A DNA stretch of 64,000 bases, from assembly GCA_965637545.1 (NCBI GenBank), contig OZ281499.1, positions 8,370,001 through 8,434,000 of the forward strand. Reading direction: 5' to 3'. A program made the translations under genes and the position numbers. Positions 24,401-36,786 of this stretch are shown here, piece after piece. The notes below the pieces were generated by a model. It did no database searches. It saw nothing but the letters and a program-made list of their open reading frames with translations, and was not told the DNA's origin. The stretch is from Phallusia mammillata. Taxonomy: Eukaryota. How positions within the stretch are numbered: position 1 is the first letter of the stretch; each line of letters opens with the position of its first letter.

Positions 24401-27400
24401 CACAATCATAAAGCCTGCATTTTTGACAATTTTTTTACTGTTTATTTCTTTTCGAAATATGTAGATTTTTCCACATGCTATACCCGGACTGCATCCACAG
24501 TAAACCTCGGTTGAGCTGGATCTTTGTCAAATTCGAGCAAAACTTACAAATGATTTGTAATGTGACAAAGCTTTAACTAATAATAATCGACGTCGGGTAA
24601 TCCGGACAAATTGTTTGGTCTGAACGGCTCCGGATCAGCCGATATGGCTTTGGAAAACCGTGTATGGAAGGCGATATTTATAACGATCCCGTTTACAGTC
24701 ATATTTGTTCATTTAAATATTACGCAAAATGGTTTAAAAGAGCAGGTTCTCCAACAATTTGTCAGCTGTGTTTACCTGAAGGGCGTAGTTCATGAGCGCG
24801 TGTTTGTTTTCCCGCCAATACTCGGGCAAATCGCTCGGAGGTGGAAATTTCTCGCAGCCCATTTCAATTGTCAATTCAAAGCAGTTAGTCGCCAAATAGT
24901 TGAAGTCCTGCATGCCTGCGGAAATACAATTGTGTGAAAAACGGATCTTAATGCAGCTCACGCAAATCTACCTGAAAATGAAACAGCCTGAAACAAAATA
25001 CAATGGTATATTTGGTTGTGCTAAACTTACTATTTACTATTGTGATCAGCCCTGAAGCATTTATGCAAACCAGCGATCACCACACATTATTATACAAATT
25101 ATAGTACGCAATTTAAACGCTGCTAAAAACCTTGTGAAATATGTCTTCTTGTGTGACTTTTTTTGCATATGATTTCAACATGTATGTGTTAACTTCACTT
25201 CTTTTTTTGCAGAAATATAAGTTTAAAGCTAAATCAACCTCTGCTTATGATGAGACAAGTCGATCTAAGTACTTTTCATGGTAAATTTTACTGAACCCAC
25301 TAAGAGTTTTTGACGTTGCCCACTTTTTAAATGTCAAATATTCTAAGCGGCATATTCAATAATCAGTACACAAAGTTGAACAAGTATATTGGACCAATAC
25401 AAAACTGTTTCCGTCGCATTTAAGTATTAGTAATTTGTGCGACTTGCCTCATCTTTATTTTTAGCATGACCAATATTCTGAGTATGGCTAGAGGTTTAAG
25501 TAATGTTAGTCTTGGATTTTCGTAAGTTTTAAAACAGCCACACTTAGCTACAGACAGTGTGTAATGTTAAACGGTATAGGGTCTCAACAGCGCAAGTTAG
25601 TGAAATGACAATTACCGTGTTAACTAGTATAGCTATATTATACGACACTCTAGTCCAGTGGTGAAAAATTTCTCACAAGGGGAAATAATGAATCAAATAA
25701 CGACCATTATGTTTAATGTATGGCATAAAACAGGGGTTCTTAACCAGGGGTACGTGTACCCCTTGGGGGTACGAAGCATCAAAGCAGGGGGTACGACATG
25801 CAGGGTGAAATTATATGCTATATATTTAGGCATATTTGTGAAGAATGGGTAACAAGTTACTTTGTTATATATCTAGAACGGGTTAGTTTTGTCCTACTTA
25901 CAATACTGTTTTCATTCATGCATTCAACACGTTAGTTATAAATACACTGAGTTTAATTCCTATTATTACAATTTTATTTACTTCCGTCGGCCACTGTAGA
26001 CAGGGGGTACGAGAAAATTTTATGAAATCTCAAAGGGTACGAGCGCAAAAAAGGTTGAGAAACACTGGCATAAAACATTGAAAAAAACAGAGAGGGGATT
26101 CTAACTTGGTGATTGACTTTAGTTTTTTGTGGGAAAACACACACTAAAAGGGTTAAGAACCACTGCTCTATAGTTCGTAACAGTGTGCACTGTCCGCAGC
26201 TACCTTAAGACGTAAAGTGTTGTAGCTTTCATAATAATATAATAAAAACGTTACTCATTTGGCAATATACCTCCAGAAACGCTGTACCACATTGCACCAT
26301 TGGTGATTCCATCTTTAAAGTTATCGCCAGCTGAGCAACCGGTGGATTTTGACATGTGATCGTTTCCATTGCTGTACGCGTGGGCTAGCTGTCGGAAAAT
26401 TCGGTCGTCTGGGCTTGCTGTAAAGAAACGGAAAAGTCAATAGGGGCGGGGTTGTTAAATGAAGTTCCGAAAATGTCAGAACGTGGGTTGCCGGAGCCGC
26501 CTTATGCCTTGGTTTGCGGGAACAAATTCAGCTTAGTTAAGGAATGAATTGGACATGACTGACAAGTGTTGTCACCCTTTCGATATTTTTTTGATAATAT
26601 CGAAAGGGTGCGGAGGTCATCAAGAGACTTTATGATGGATATGTGTATATATATCGTAGTTCATACCTGTGATACCTTCGCACGAAGACATTCTTTTTTG
26701 TAAAACAGTGACTTTCACTACCGAATATACTCTGTTTAATTGTGTAATAAGGCATAGTACCGAGCTGTTTCGGTTGAAAACAAACCATAGTATTTTTTGT
26801 TTCTTTTGCGACATTACAATTTTTACAGAATACATTCCAGTTATCGAGGTCATATGTACTATGTCATGGCTTTTGAAATTCTTCGGTTAGATTTGGGAGT
26901 AAAATTGAAGACTTAACCAGACGTATTTTTAGCACTTTGCCCTAATCCATTTTAATGATAACCAACTATAATAGCTATTGGCATGGTCTTAAACTAGTTA
27001 CGCTGATAAATCAAAATAACAGCGTAAAAACATCGATTTCAGCGGCATCTGTGTCATTTGAACATGCGATTTAAATAACAGTGCCATTTATTGTTTGTTC
27101 TACCAAACAAAACAACAGTGTCATATTAATGAACCAAGCAGGCACAGCCAATTAACTACGAAATCAGGTTAGGCATGTACAGTCATATTAGCACCTGATC
27201 AAAAACAGAATTACACAGTTGAGCCAGGAACCCGAGGGTAAAGCAGGTCACAAAACGCGCATATGTTTTGCATAAGTAAGGCCTTATTGTCGCACTGGGT
27301 TTTATTATGTACGCGTTAATCGATATATGAAGCCGTAATTAGTCAATATTTCGTGTAATTCGATATATTAACATCAGACGTCCCATCTGTTCGAAACATA

Positions 27401-30400
27401 AGGTCTTAATAAGTTTTAAATTAAAGTTGCCGCCCTACCGTTGTATTCTCGAGATTTTCCGTTGCACGTTGTATCGTATGGGTAATTTGCCACCATATCC
27501 CCACCATGGAAGTTGGCTGACAGCACGAAGGATTTGTCCATGATCCACTCAATTATTGCCGTCGTCTCGGGCTGAAGCTAAAATTTTAAATATTTTTTTT
27601 ACATTATGAAACAGTAGCAATCGAGTTTTAGGCCACAAATAGGATTTTTTTGATGCAAAGAACTAAAGACGACAAAATTTAACAAAGAAATACTAACCAT
27701 GCAATAATAATAAAAAATTACCCAGAAATAAAAATTTTAAATAAACTCTTGCATCTGGGCATATATAATATAAAAACTAAATCATGCTCTTTTGGCAATG
27801 TTTTAGTAGGACGTTGAAACGGTGGTTAAAGAAACACATTTGCCAGAAAAGCATTTAGTTTGTGTGAAAATTGTATTTAAAATGTAGTACAAATCTGCGT
27901 AAGTATGGATGAAATTTTAGATTATGCGGATATAGGAAGCGAATCTAACATGTACGTTGTATCGCTGCCCAATACGTGTAAAACGCCGTTTACCTCGATT
28001 TTCAGGCCGTGGAAAAAAGCAAACAAGCCCTTTCTGAGAAATTCACTAATTTGGAAAACCCCGTATTGAACAAATGTCAATGCTTCGTCCATGTATTGAA
28101 TATATTAGACACGCCTTCGCCATTAATCACGCAAATGTGGCTACAGAACAGGTGCGCCCTGTAATGTCAATTTAAACACAGCACCAAGGGAACGCAGACC
28201 ACAATTATCCAACGATGAACATTTTGTAGGGGGCCATATTTTACGCCACGACATGAAATATTGATTACCAATCGATTGTCAAAGTCTTTGAAGACCACAA
28301 ATCGATTTTCTGTACAAGACAGGCTGCCGAGAGTCTACGACACAGGCAAAAGGTAGTGGGTTTGAATGTAAGTTTTGAACAATTTTGTAATACAATTTTG
28401 AATATAGTTTTGTGACCTAAAATGTTAGTTTTTGTTATAGTTTAAAACTTTTTTGTGGCGGCAATAATAAAACAAACATAAGCTTTTTAAAGGCAAATGC
28501 GTCATGTTTGTGGTACAAATACTTATTTACAAAAACTGCTCAAATCACTACCTTAAGGTAAAATACTTCAAGAAATTATATAAAACACACACAAAGCTAA
28601 ACTATCACATGCTCTTAATTACAAGTCAAAAAAGAGTATATATCACTTACCACAAGCCCTTTAGTAGCTATTGCAACATACTTTCGGAAGTACCCCAAAT
28701 GACTGTTTTTCTTAAACTCACACACAACCTTGTCGAAATCAGGAAAGTTTCTATTTAAATCAACACCATTCGCATTGTAGCGACCCTTGATGTAATCCTT
28801 TGGCCAATCCTAAAAACAATTTGTTTTCATGAATACCATAAACTGACCTTTTCAAATATATACACAAAGTTCAATTATCATTTCCACAAAGCTGCTGATG
28901 ACAGATCAAAGGTGATAAATCACTGTTAAATATGATGTTGCAATTACACACACTGGGAAAGACATTTTAATACTAACCTTTGACTTGTTCTCAACAGTTT
29001 TATATAGCAGAACTGCTATTGAATTCTGTTTGTGCTAAGTCATTACAGTGCACAATTTTTTTTGTAATGAGGACTTTAAATGGTTAAATGGTGCAGTAAC
29101 TGTTTCCAACTAATGTACTGACACATCCCAATTACCAAATGTAATAACTGGTCTCGATTCAGTTTTTGAAATGTAGAAATTTTGGCAAAGAGATAAATAT
29201 GTGTTTTTATTGTAACTGGGTAAGTGTTTTGACATAGCAAGCCAGTTGATTTCCTGTTGTGTTGTGTTACATTTCCTGTTTAGGGTTTAGCCATTACAAA
29301 TCAAAGGTCGTGTAAGATTTAAAAAAAGAAACATATTACTATAAGATCGAACGCCACATGCCAAAAGTATCTGTATTTTCAGTAAACAATAAGAATATCT
29401 CAATAGGAATGCTTAATTGAGGTACTGTTTTTTTACATAAATGTCCAGTCTCACTATGAAAATCTAAATGGTCTTGTTTCACAATTTGAGTTTACATGAT
29501 GATTGACTGAACTGATTTATATAAAAAACTGGTAAAATATTTTGTTTTTATTCATTGCAGTATTCTTTGAGGGAAACTTGTATTCTCACAAGTCTATTTC
29601 CAAAAAATAAATTAAAGAAATAAGTTTACCTCTTGAGAGTCTGCAATCGCAAATCCATCAGGATTCATTGTAGGCATTATGTGCAGAGAAGTGTTGCCAA
29701 TAAATTCCAGAATTTCTTTATTACCCTGTTTAAAATACAAAGTTAATGCAACAAGTATATATGAAACTGTTGGATTCTGGATATAAACCAAGACATTGTG
29801 GCAAAAGAAAGACAACAAAATTGATTTTTGGGGGGATAATTGCTAATATGGGAAAGGTATTACAGTGTGAAAGCAGAATGGCACTAAGTCAGTAAGTTTT
29901 TCTTGGAAAATATGAAAAAATAGGAAATCTTTTAAACATGAAAACCGAACAAATGGCAAAGTTATTTAAAATGTAGTAAGAGATATTTACTACCATTACT
30001 AACCACAGAAAAAATAAAAATATCCAACATAACTAATTGATATGTTGATTTAATAAAACAAAAACATTTTTTTAAGACCTTGAGGTATTCAATGCAGAGA
30101 TATTGCACAAAATCAATAAGGACAGCTCGACCAACCACTTCATTTCCATGCATGTTTCCAATGTATTTTATTTCAGGAACACCTGTATTTAAGAATAAAA
30201 CAAACTTTATGCAGTGTTTGTTTGCAAGTATGGTATAATAATAAACACATTGTTAAAAAAAATTGTGGTATGTGTACATATAGAAATAGGAAAATTTGCG
30301 GTGATTGCAGAAAACTGTTTATTCAAATAACAAACCTGGTTGATGGAATTCAGGGCTTTTCGAGAAAGCTATAACAGCTAATTCCCTTCCCTTGACACTC

Positions 30401-30742
30401 TTTCCAATCGAGTAAACCTTAGTTATGTCTGTAATACATAACAGAACAGCAATTTATTTACAGAAAAGGCAATAATTTTAAACAAATTACCAAGCCAGAA
30501 GCAAAGATGGAAATATCTCATTTAATATAAAACAAAGCACCTTTCTTTCAAAATTACACACTTACTTCCACTTTCATTTAAAAAACACAAAACTTACCTT
30601 TGCATTTTGCATTGGTATCATGAAGCACTTTTAACATTTGTTCATGGTTGTGATATTTGTTGAAAATAATTCCATCCTGCGACGTTTTTGTGCATAAAAC
30701 TGGGCTAAGGAGCATCAACGTTGTAAAAATTAAACAATACAT
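21444..30742 (-). CDS. Secreted M14B zinc metallocarboxypeptidase, single catalytic domain, CPE/CPN1-like (10 exons, 453 aa)
   Basis: Exons 30742-30598, 30428-30336, 30182-30079, 29725-29630, 28809-28651, 27577-27439, 26417-26271, 24915-24776, 22252-22033, 21562-21444 join in frame (1362 nt). Signal peptide [17 protein letters not shown]; Zn ligands HGNE and ANFHGG; [16 protein letters not shown]; ITNGAMWY; GGMQDFNY; catalytic [10 protein letters not shown]; transthyretin-like [10 protein letters not shown]. Confidence 0.93.
22331..22720. repeat. Degenerate low-complexity GTAAT/GTATG-type repeat in carboxypeptidase intron 8
   Basis: Recurrent GTAATGTA, AAGTATGGTAT and GTATGTAGG units; the plus strand is strongly C-poor. 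It produces the spurious His/Tyr-rich ORFs in the track. Confidence 0.85.
25656..26165. mobile_element. Older hAT MITE acting as host of a nested insertion
   Basis: Ends CAGTGGTG / GGTTAAGAACCACTG; degenerate TSD CTCTAGTC / CTCTATAG. Confidence 0.5.
25731..26067. mobile_element. hAT MITE (337 bp) nested in the element above
   Basis: TIRs CAGGGGTTCTTAACC / GGTTGAGAAACACTG; perfect TSD GCATAAAA (25723-25730, 26068-26075); GGGGTAC subterminal repeats. Confidence 0.9.
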
Positions 30743-31396
30743 TTTCTGACAATCCTAATGAAGTCAAAAAATGGTACTAAACAAACACAACAATTTGGTA
30801 AATAAACTTCATATTGTACGTACGAAAAATATACCTATCCTTTTCACAAAAGTACACAGGTAAATCATACCCATTTACGTTTACTTAACTAATACAACAC
30901 AAAAATTCAAGAAGCCATCCCTAACGTTTTGGTGTAAATATCGTTTCTTGATCGACTTTTCAAAAACAAGCCCGCACATAAGCTGTACATACAGTGAACA
31001 CGTACAATAAAACACATACGACTGCGCAGTGCCTTGGGCTAACCACGTACTACTCAGTACTCTACTCACAGCACTCCGAAATGCGAACGTTGAATTGATG
31101 TCTTCGCCTTTTCTCAGTGTTTGCATTCACGGCTTCATCAATATGGCATTGCGTTCTGGTGCTCGAGCGCCACCTCGCTGAGTGCAAATTTGATTTAAGC
31201 TCTGTCGGCTTGGCGCTACATCGACATTGTACACGTGTTTATGACAGAGTATCCTTATGGATGAAGCTATGTTATGCAACCTGGTGACATTATCTGGAGT
31301 GTTTGCATGTTACCAATTTAACACTTTGCGTTAGGTCATATGTATTGCAGTATCGACAATCACTAAAGTCAGGCCTTATCTGCTGACGCTTTACAG

Positions 31397-32057
31397 AAGT
31401 GGTTCCCAACCGGGGTGCTGCGGCACACTGGGGTGCCAACTGCCAATTGCAATGCTCAGGGGTGCCGCGAGGTATTGATATTGAAATACTGCGACCCATT
31501 CTTTATTTTAATTTTAACCCCTTATTTGCGGATTTTTTTTTATTTCTAACCGTTTCAGTGTGTTTTAAGTTTCGCGTCTCGCAGTTATTCCCGACTCCAT
31601 TCTGGAGAGTCGCTGGCGGTAAGTAGATATCTTCTCGACGGGTTCTGGATAAAAATTGAAAATGAATATCCTTGCGTTGGAAAGAAAGCTATTGTGCTTT
31701 TGTTGCAGTTTTTTCTCGTCATAACTATGTGAGAGTAGATTCTCCGTATTGACGAACATAAAAACTGAAAAACGAGAACGACTACTTACAGTCGAGGAAG
31801 AAATGCGGGTGGCTTTATCGAATGTGCCTTCACACATCAAGGCACTTTGTGCAAGAAGCCAAGCCCAAATTTCACACTGAATTTTGAACAAATACATTTA
31901 TTTACGCGCGCTATTCTGTACAACTCATTCTGTGTTGTTTCATACAGTTATTTGAAATACAGAAACCTCATAAAATTGATCCAGTTTTGCCAGGGTGCCA
32001 CAAACTATTTACCTCTTTGATAGGGTGTCACAAGGTCATAAAGGTTGGGAGCCACTG
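31397..32057 (+). mobile_element. Internally deleted Buster/Charlie-family hAT transposon retaining a decayed transposase C-terminus
   Basis: TIRs (A)AGTGGTTCCCAACC / GGTTGGGAGCCACTG; perfect TSD CTTTACAG. 31643-31880 reads FWIKIENEYP..KKAIVLLLQF/ then *LCESRFSVLTNIKTEKRERLLTVEEEMRVALS...AQISH*, the hAT dimerisation-region pattern, with a frameshift and a stop. Confidence 0.9.
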
Positions 32058-32401
32058 CTTTACAGTATACGCAGACTAATACACAGTCTTTCTGTTACCG
32101 ACTATCGCGTAAGTCAGAGCTTTCCCAATTGACAATCACCAAAGTCATGCTCTTTTAGTCACAACTAACTTAGTCAGGCGTTTCGCATTCGTCCGTGTTA
32201 AGCCTTCTGCGTTCCAGTAAGCCCAAAATATTTTGTGAAACACCCCTGTCTGGTACACCATTAATATTGTGTGAAACACCCCTTTCTGGTACACTAAAGT
32301 TAGTTGTGATGTCACAACTATCGCGTTATATTGATATCACTTCTTGCGAGGCGTATTCTCAGTGACGGATATTCTAGACTAGAGGCTGCATACAGTTAAT
32401 A

Positions 32402-32742
32402 CAGTGGTGGCCAAACTACGGCCCGCGGGCCGCATCCGGCCCCCAGTCCTGTTTCATCCGGCCCGCCAAACACCTTGCCTGTTTTTTTTACTCCAGACTT
32501 TAAAAGGCTTGTTTAAAATTGTAGACGCAGTTGCATTTATCTCATTGATATATAAACCTTTTATTAAATACAAGTGTAAACAAGATGGTGTTATTTATTG
32601 TTATTCTACTACAATTATATGTATTTTAATAAAGATGGCAACCAGTTACGACAAATTTTACGTAAATCTTATTTAATCCGGCCCTCCAGTGGCAAGACAG
32701 TTGCAAATTTGGCCCTCTGGTAAAAAAGTTTGGCCACCCCTG
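32402..32742. mobile_element. hAT MITE (341 bp)
   Basis: TIRs CAGTGGTGGCCAAACT / AGTTTGGCCACCCCTG; perfect TSD AGTTAATA; GGCCCGC subterminal repeats. Confidence 0.9.
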
Positions 32743-32964
32743 AGTTAATAAATACTCGGTTATGCTTGTTTTGTGTAACGCTTAGGAAATATTTCCTGCA
32801 ATGCACTGTGTTGTCGCATATCGTGAAGTTTAAGGACGCGTGTCAAACTTGCTGTAATCAGTTTTTTTACTGTTGGTTGTGTGAAACCTTTCTTAAAAAG
32901 TAACGCAACCTTCGTCGGCGTGGTTTCGGCCATACGTATTTTCTAAACCTTTAATGCACTAATT

Positions 32965-33327
32965 CAGTGGTTCTTACCCAGGGGAGCACGCCCCCCTAGG
33001 GACGAGGTGTCAGACAATTCCAAGGGGGCGTGAGTCCAAAGTTCAATAAACAAATTTAATTAGTATTTTGCAAGTGAAGTGCATTGTTTGTGAGCAAACA
33101 ACAAACGAGTTGTAAAAAGAAACGGAATATTATGACGCAATACCTTATGACGTAATTTCGTGTGTTAACACACATTTTAAAGGCAAAGTTTTAGTTTATC
33201 TGTTAACACCATAGGCTGGGGAGACTTTTGGTAATGAAAATCAGTCGTTTTTGCATGTTGAGGGGGCGTGAAGTATCGGACAAACATCTTTTGGGGGCGT
33301 ATAGAGAAAAAAGGTTAAGAACCGCTG
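32965..33327. mobile_element. hAT MITE (363 bp), GGGGGCG family like 972-1752
   Basis: TIRs CAGTGGTTCTTA / TAAGAACCGCTG; TSD CACTAATT / CAATAATT. Confidence 0.85.
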
Positions 33328-34752
33328 CAATAATTGCTTTACAATGACTCTATAGTCCTACCTAGAATATGTCGGTAGAAGTCAATCATCACTGTTGTTT
33401 CCCGTTGCTTTTACCAAGTTAATACCAGTTTGCGTTAATTTCGCGCGAGGAAGACGCATACAACCGATCGGCTGCTTTGTGTCTGGGCACATACCGTCAT
33501 ATGACGGTAGCGTATAAACGCTTAACTCTAAACCGAAACGCTTTAGCCCGTAGCACTAAGACAAGTATATTGCTTGCAAGAATGGGATAAAACAGCGCGA
33601 AAAGGGTGTTGGAAGTTATTAGGTGGAAATATATTCAAACTGTTGTAAGCTTAGGTCAAATTGTAAGACAAATAAATAATATAGTTTCCCGATTCTGTGG
33701 CACTAGTGTAGTGCTTCTGTACTGGTATGTACCATTTTCATGCCCGGTTTCAAAATTAATACAATACCATATCAAAAAAGTTTGTTTGAAACTTTGGTTT
33801 TCAGGAAGCTTACAGCACACTTTTGCCTTTTTGGTTGCGCATGAATGTTTACTTAGTTATTATATCATTTATTCGTTTGACATGTACCAAATTAAAACAC
33901 ACAGTGCTGGGTTTGAACTTGTTTAGTCGCTTTTATTTACCCAGCAGCGCGCTCGTTCAGTGTAGGCAGGAGATTGTCTAGCAAGCCATTCGCTGGTACC
34001 AAAACCGCTCAAGCTTTGCCAACGAGATAAGAGGCGGCTGAGTCAATTTAGCCTCACGTACAGCGGCCGAGAAAAGTGATATGTTTCTCGTAGCCTTCAA
34101 AGACTTTTACATTGTTTTTGCTTTGGTGTTTAGATACTCCTGCTTAGCCTTGTGTAACTAGCATGATATCCTTATGTCAGAAATACGTGGAAAATAAAGC
34201 AGTACTGGTTAGGAATTGCTTATTTGGTTTCCAATTGTAGTTAAACAGTAAGAACAAAGTCGTACTGAAACTGTTGTAAAAGTGCTCACGTTATTCTTTA
34301 CCTTGATAAGTTCTTTTTAAAACAAACTGGCTCTTTTCTGTTTGACATGCAAAAATTTGACAATCAGACTTTAGTAAGTTGTATGGTAAGTGAACCTGTT
34401 GTTGCGGCTGATGTACATTACACAGCATTTTATTGTTGCCAACTGTCAATTTAAAGAACAGTGCTTTATTCAGCAGTTTTGTCTTACATTTTTTGGAAAT
34501 CTACTAACACCACACCGTACGGATACACATAATAGTTTTCGCTTTGTGGTAACACTGTTTTAAGCCTAAAATTTAAGGGAACGTTTAATATAACAAAGTT
34601 TTGCGAGTTGGAAACAAGATTGGACAATACAAGCAGCGTGATAAAAACTTTTTTGAAACACTGATAGATTTGCTTTACATCCAGCTAGCTTTCTGGTTGC
34701 TTAGACTGACAAGCTCAGCAAGTTCTTTTTCCTCGTAGACAAAAAAACAAAA

Positions 34753-35979
34753 ATGCTGCAACAAACAAATAAAATGGTTGAAGTTGTAGAAGGAAAAAGC
34801 AAGCCGAAAAAAGAAAATGCAAAACAGCGTAACCACAGCCTGAACTGCAAATCGATCGAAGGCTTTACCTACGCCGTAATTTCTACGTTTACTGGGTCCA
34901 TATCAAGCGTTTTTATTAAATTGGCCACAGGGGCCAGAGCGGATCAAATCCAGTTAGTACGACTGTACGCAGTGTATCTGGTAGTTTTACCGTATATGAC
35001 AAGAAAAGGGACAAGTGTGGTGCCAGCGAACAAAGTGACTACATTGTTACTGCTGGTACGAGGTGTAATTGGATCCGTAGCCACAATGGCTTACACCGCC
35101 AGTGTGAAGCTTATGCCCCTTGGTGACGCTATAGCCATCCTGTACACTTATGTGTTGTTTGTTGGAATACTTGCATGGATATTTTTGAAAGGTTAGTTAC
35201 ATTTCTGTTTAAAAAATGATCTAAAACAATCTGAAGACTATTAGGGTGCAGGTTTAGGCGCGAACATCCTGTGAAACGGGATTTTTTATCAAACAGTAAA
35301 AAGATTTTCAAAGTAGGCATGGTAATCATTGTACCGTACGACTTTTAAGACGTTTTCTTTTTGTGTTTGAACATTTAACTTGTGATCGGATTCGAAACAA
35401 CAACCTAAGGTATTTATTTCTGTCTCAGAAACTTGCACTGTAGTCGACGGCATCCTTTCAATATCCACCATCGCTGGTGTGGTTTTGATCGCACGACCAC
35501 CGTTTATATTCGGAAGTGATGGTGCCGACGAAACCTATCACGAAAGAGGCATGGGTGTCGCAATGGCCCTGACGGCGTCAATGGGCTTTTCTATATCTTA
35601 CCTGGTCATTCGGAAGATGGGCCCAGCCGTACATTGCAGTCTTTCACTGTTTTACCTAGCATGGTGTGGATTGCTTATTATTATAGTGTACATGGTTGCA
35701 ACCAGTAGTTCGAATATACCCTGTCTGGTGGACGTGCTGTATGTACTTGGCTCAGCTGGAACTGGGGTGTTGTCCATGTTGTTCGTCACCTTGGCTTTGC
35801 AGAAGGAACGAGCTGGTCCTGTGACATTGGTAAACACGACTGAAGTGTTATTTTCGTTTGCTTTTCAGTTCTTTTTCTTTGGTCAAAGCGCTTCGTTGTA
35901 CAGCATTGTTGGTGCAGTGTTAATATTTGTTTCTGCTCTTGTACTGACAGTTCGCAACATACGTAAAGATACAGACTAA
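34753..35979 (+). CDS. SLC35G-family (EamA/DMT) transporter, paralogue 1 (2 exons, 329 aa)
   Basis: Exons 34753-35191 and 35429-35979, phase-1 intron after LKG. Motifs MPLGDAIAILYT, LIARPPFIFG, LALQKERAGPVTLV; two EamA repeats of hydrophobic helices. Confidence 0.92.
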
Positions 35980-35988
35980 ACTAAAATA

Positions 35989-36077
35989 CAGTAAACTTCG
36001 GTTAATCCGGACCCATTCGGACCAAAAAAAATTGTCCGGATTAGGCGAAGATTCGGGTTAGCCTAGGAGGTTTATGG
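35989..36077. mobile_element. Very short Tc1/pogo-like MITE just after the SLC35G-1 stop codon
   Basis: TA-CAGTAAACTTCG ... GAGGTTTATGG-TA ends with internal AATCCGGAC / GTCCGGATT inverted repeat. A related copy is at about 24497-24645. Confidence 0.55.
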
Positions 36078-36786
36078 TATTCCAAGCAAAACAATGCAAG
36101 ACAATATCTGTGTGCTTAAGCATTACAATGTGTCGACGATTGCTGTTGTCATCGTCAAGTATTTCTTAAAACATTGTGATGCTTTACACAGAAGCTTACA
36201 TATTGGCTTGTATTATTTTTCTGAACATATTTATAACCGTGCTTTGTGTTTCCAAGTTAATGTTTTTTATGTTACTGGTAGTAACTGGTGAAAAATGTCG
36301 CCAACTACGTAAGGAGACACAAACCCACAGCTCAAGCAATTGCACCCTTAATCGGTTTCAAAATGGAACTAAGCCAAAAAACTTCCTCAACATAAGCTTT
36401 ATTTCTCTTTTTGTAATAATTGTTTTCGAAGAAAAAATAATTGTTTGTATAAACTAAGGTATCATAAAAATACAAGAAACACTTAAATATGTGCCACAGG
36501 AATTAAATGAATGTGATTTTCTGTGTTTTTTTTGTTGAAATATTTCCAGAAATAAAAAAAATGCAAGTTGAAATGTATCCAGTAGTACAATTTTTTTAAT
36601 GTTGAATTAATATCAACCAGGTGAGCAATCGAACATATGGCAAATATTGAAGTTTTAACAGACTTTTACTTTTGAAACAACACGTCGTCTTTGGTTTTAT
36701 TTAACCATGTGAAGTCACTTTTTTATTACAGTAAAATACTTAGTAAAAAAAACAACATTTACAGTAAAAAAACATTAAGTGGAGTT

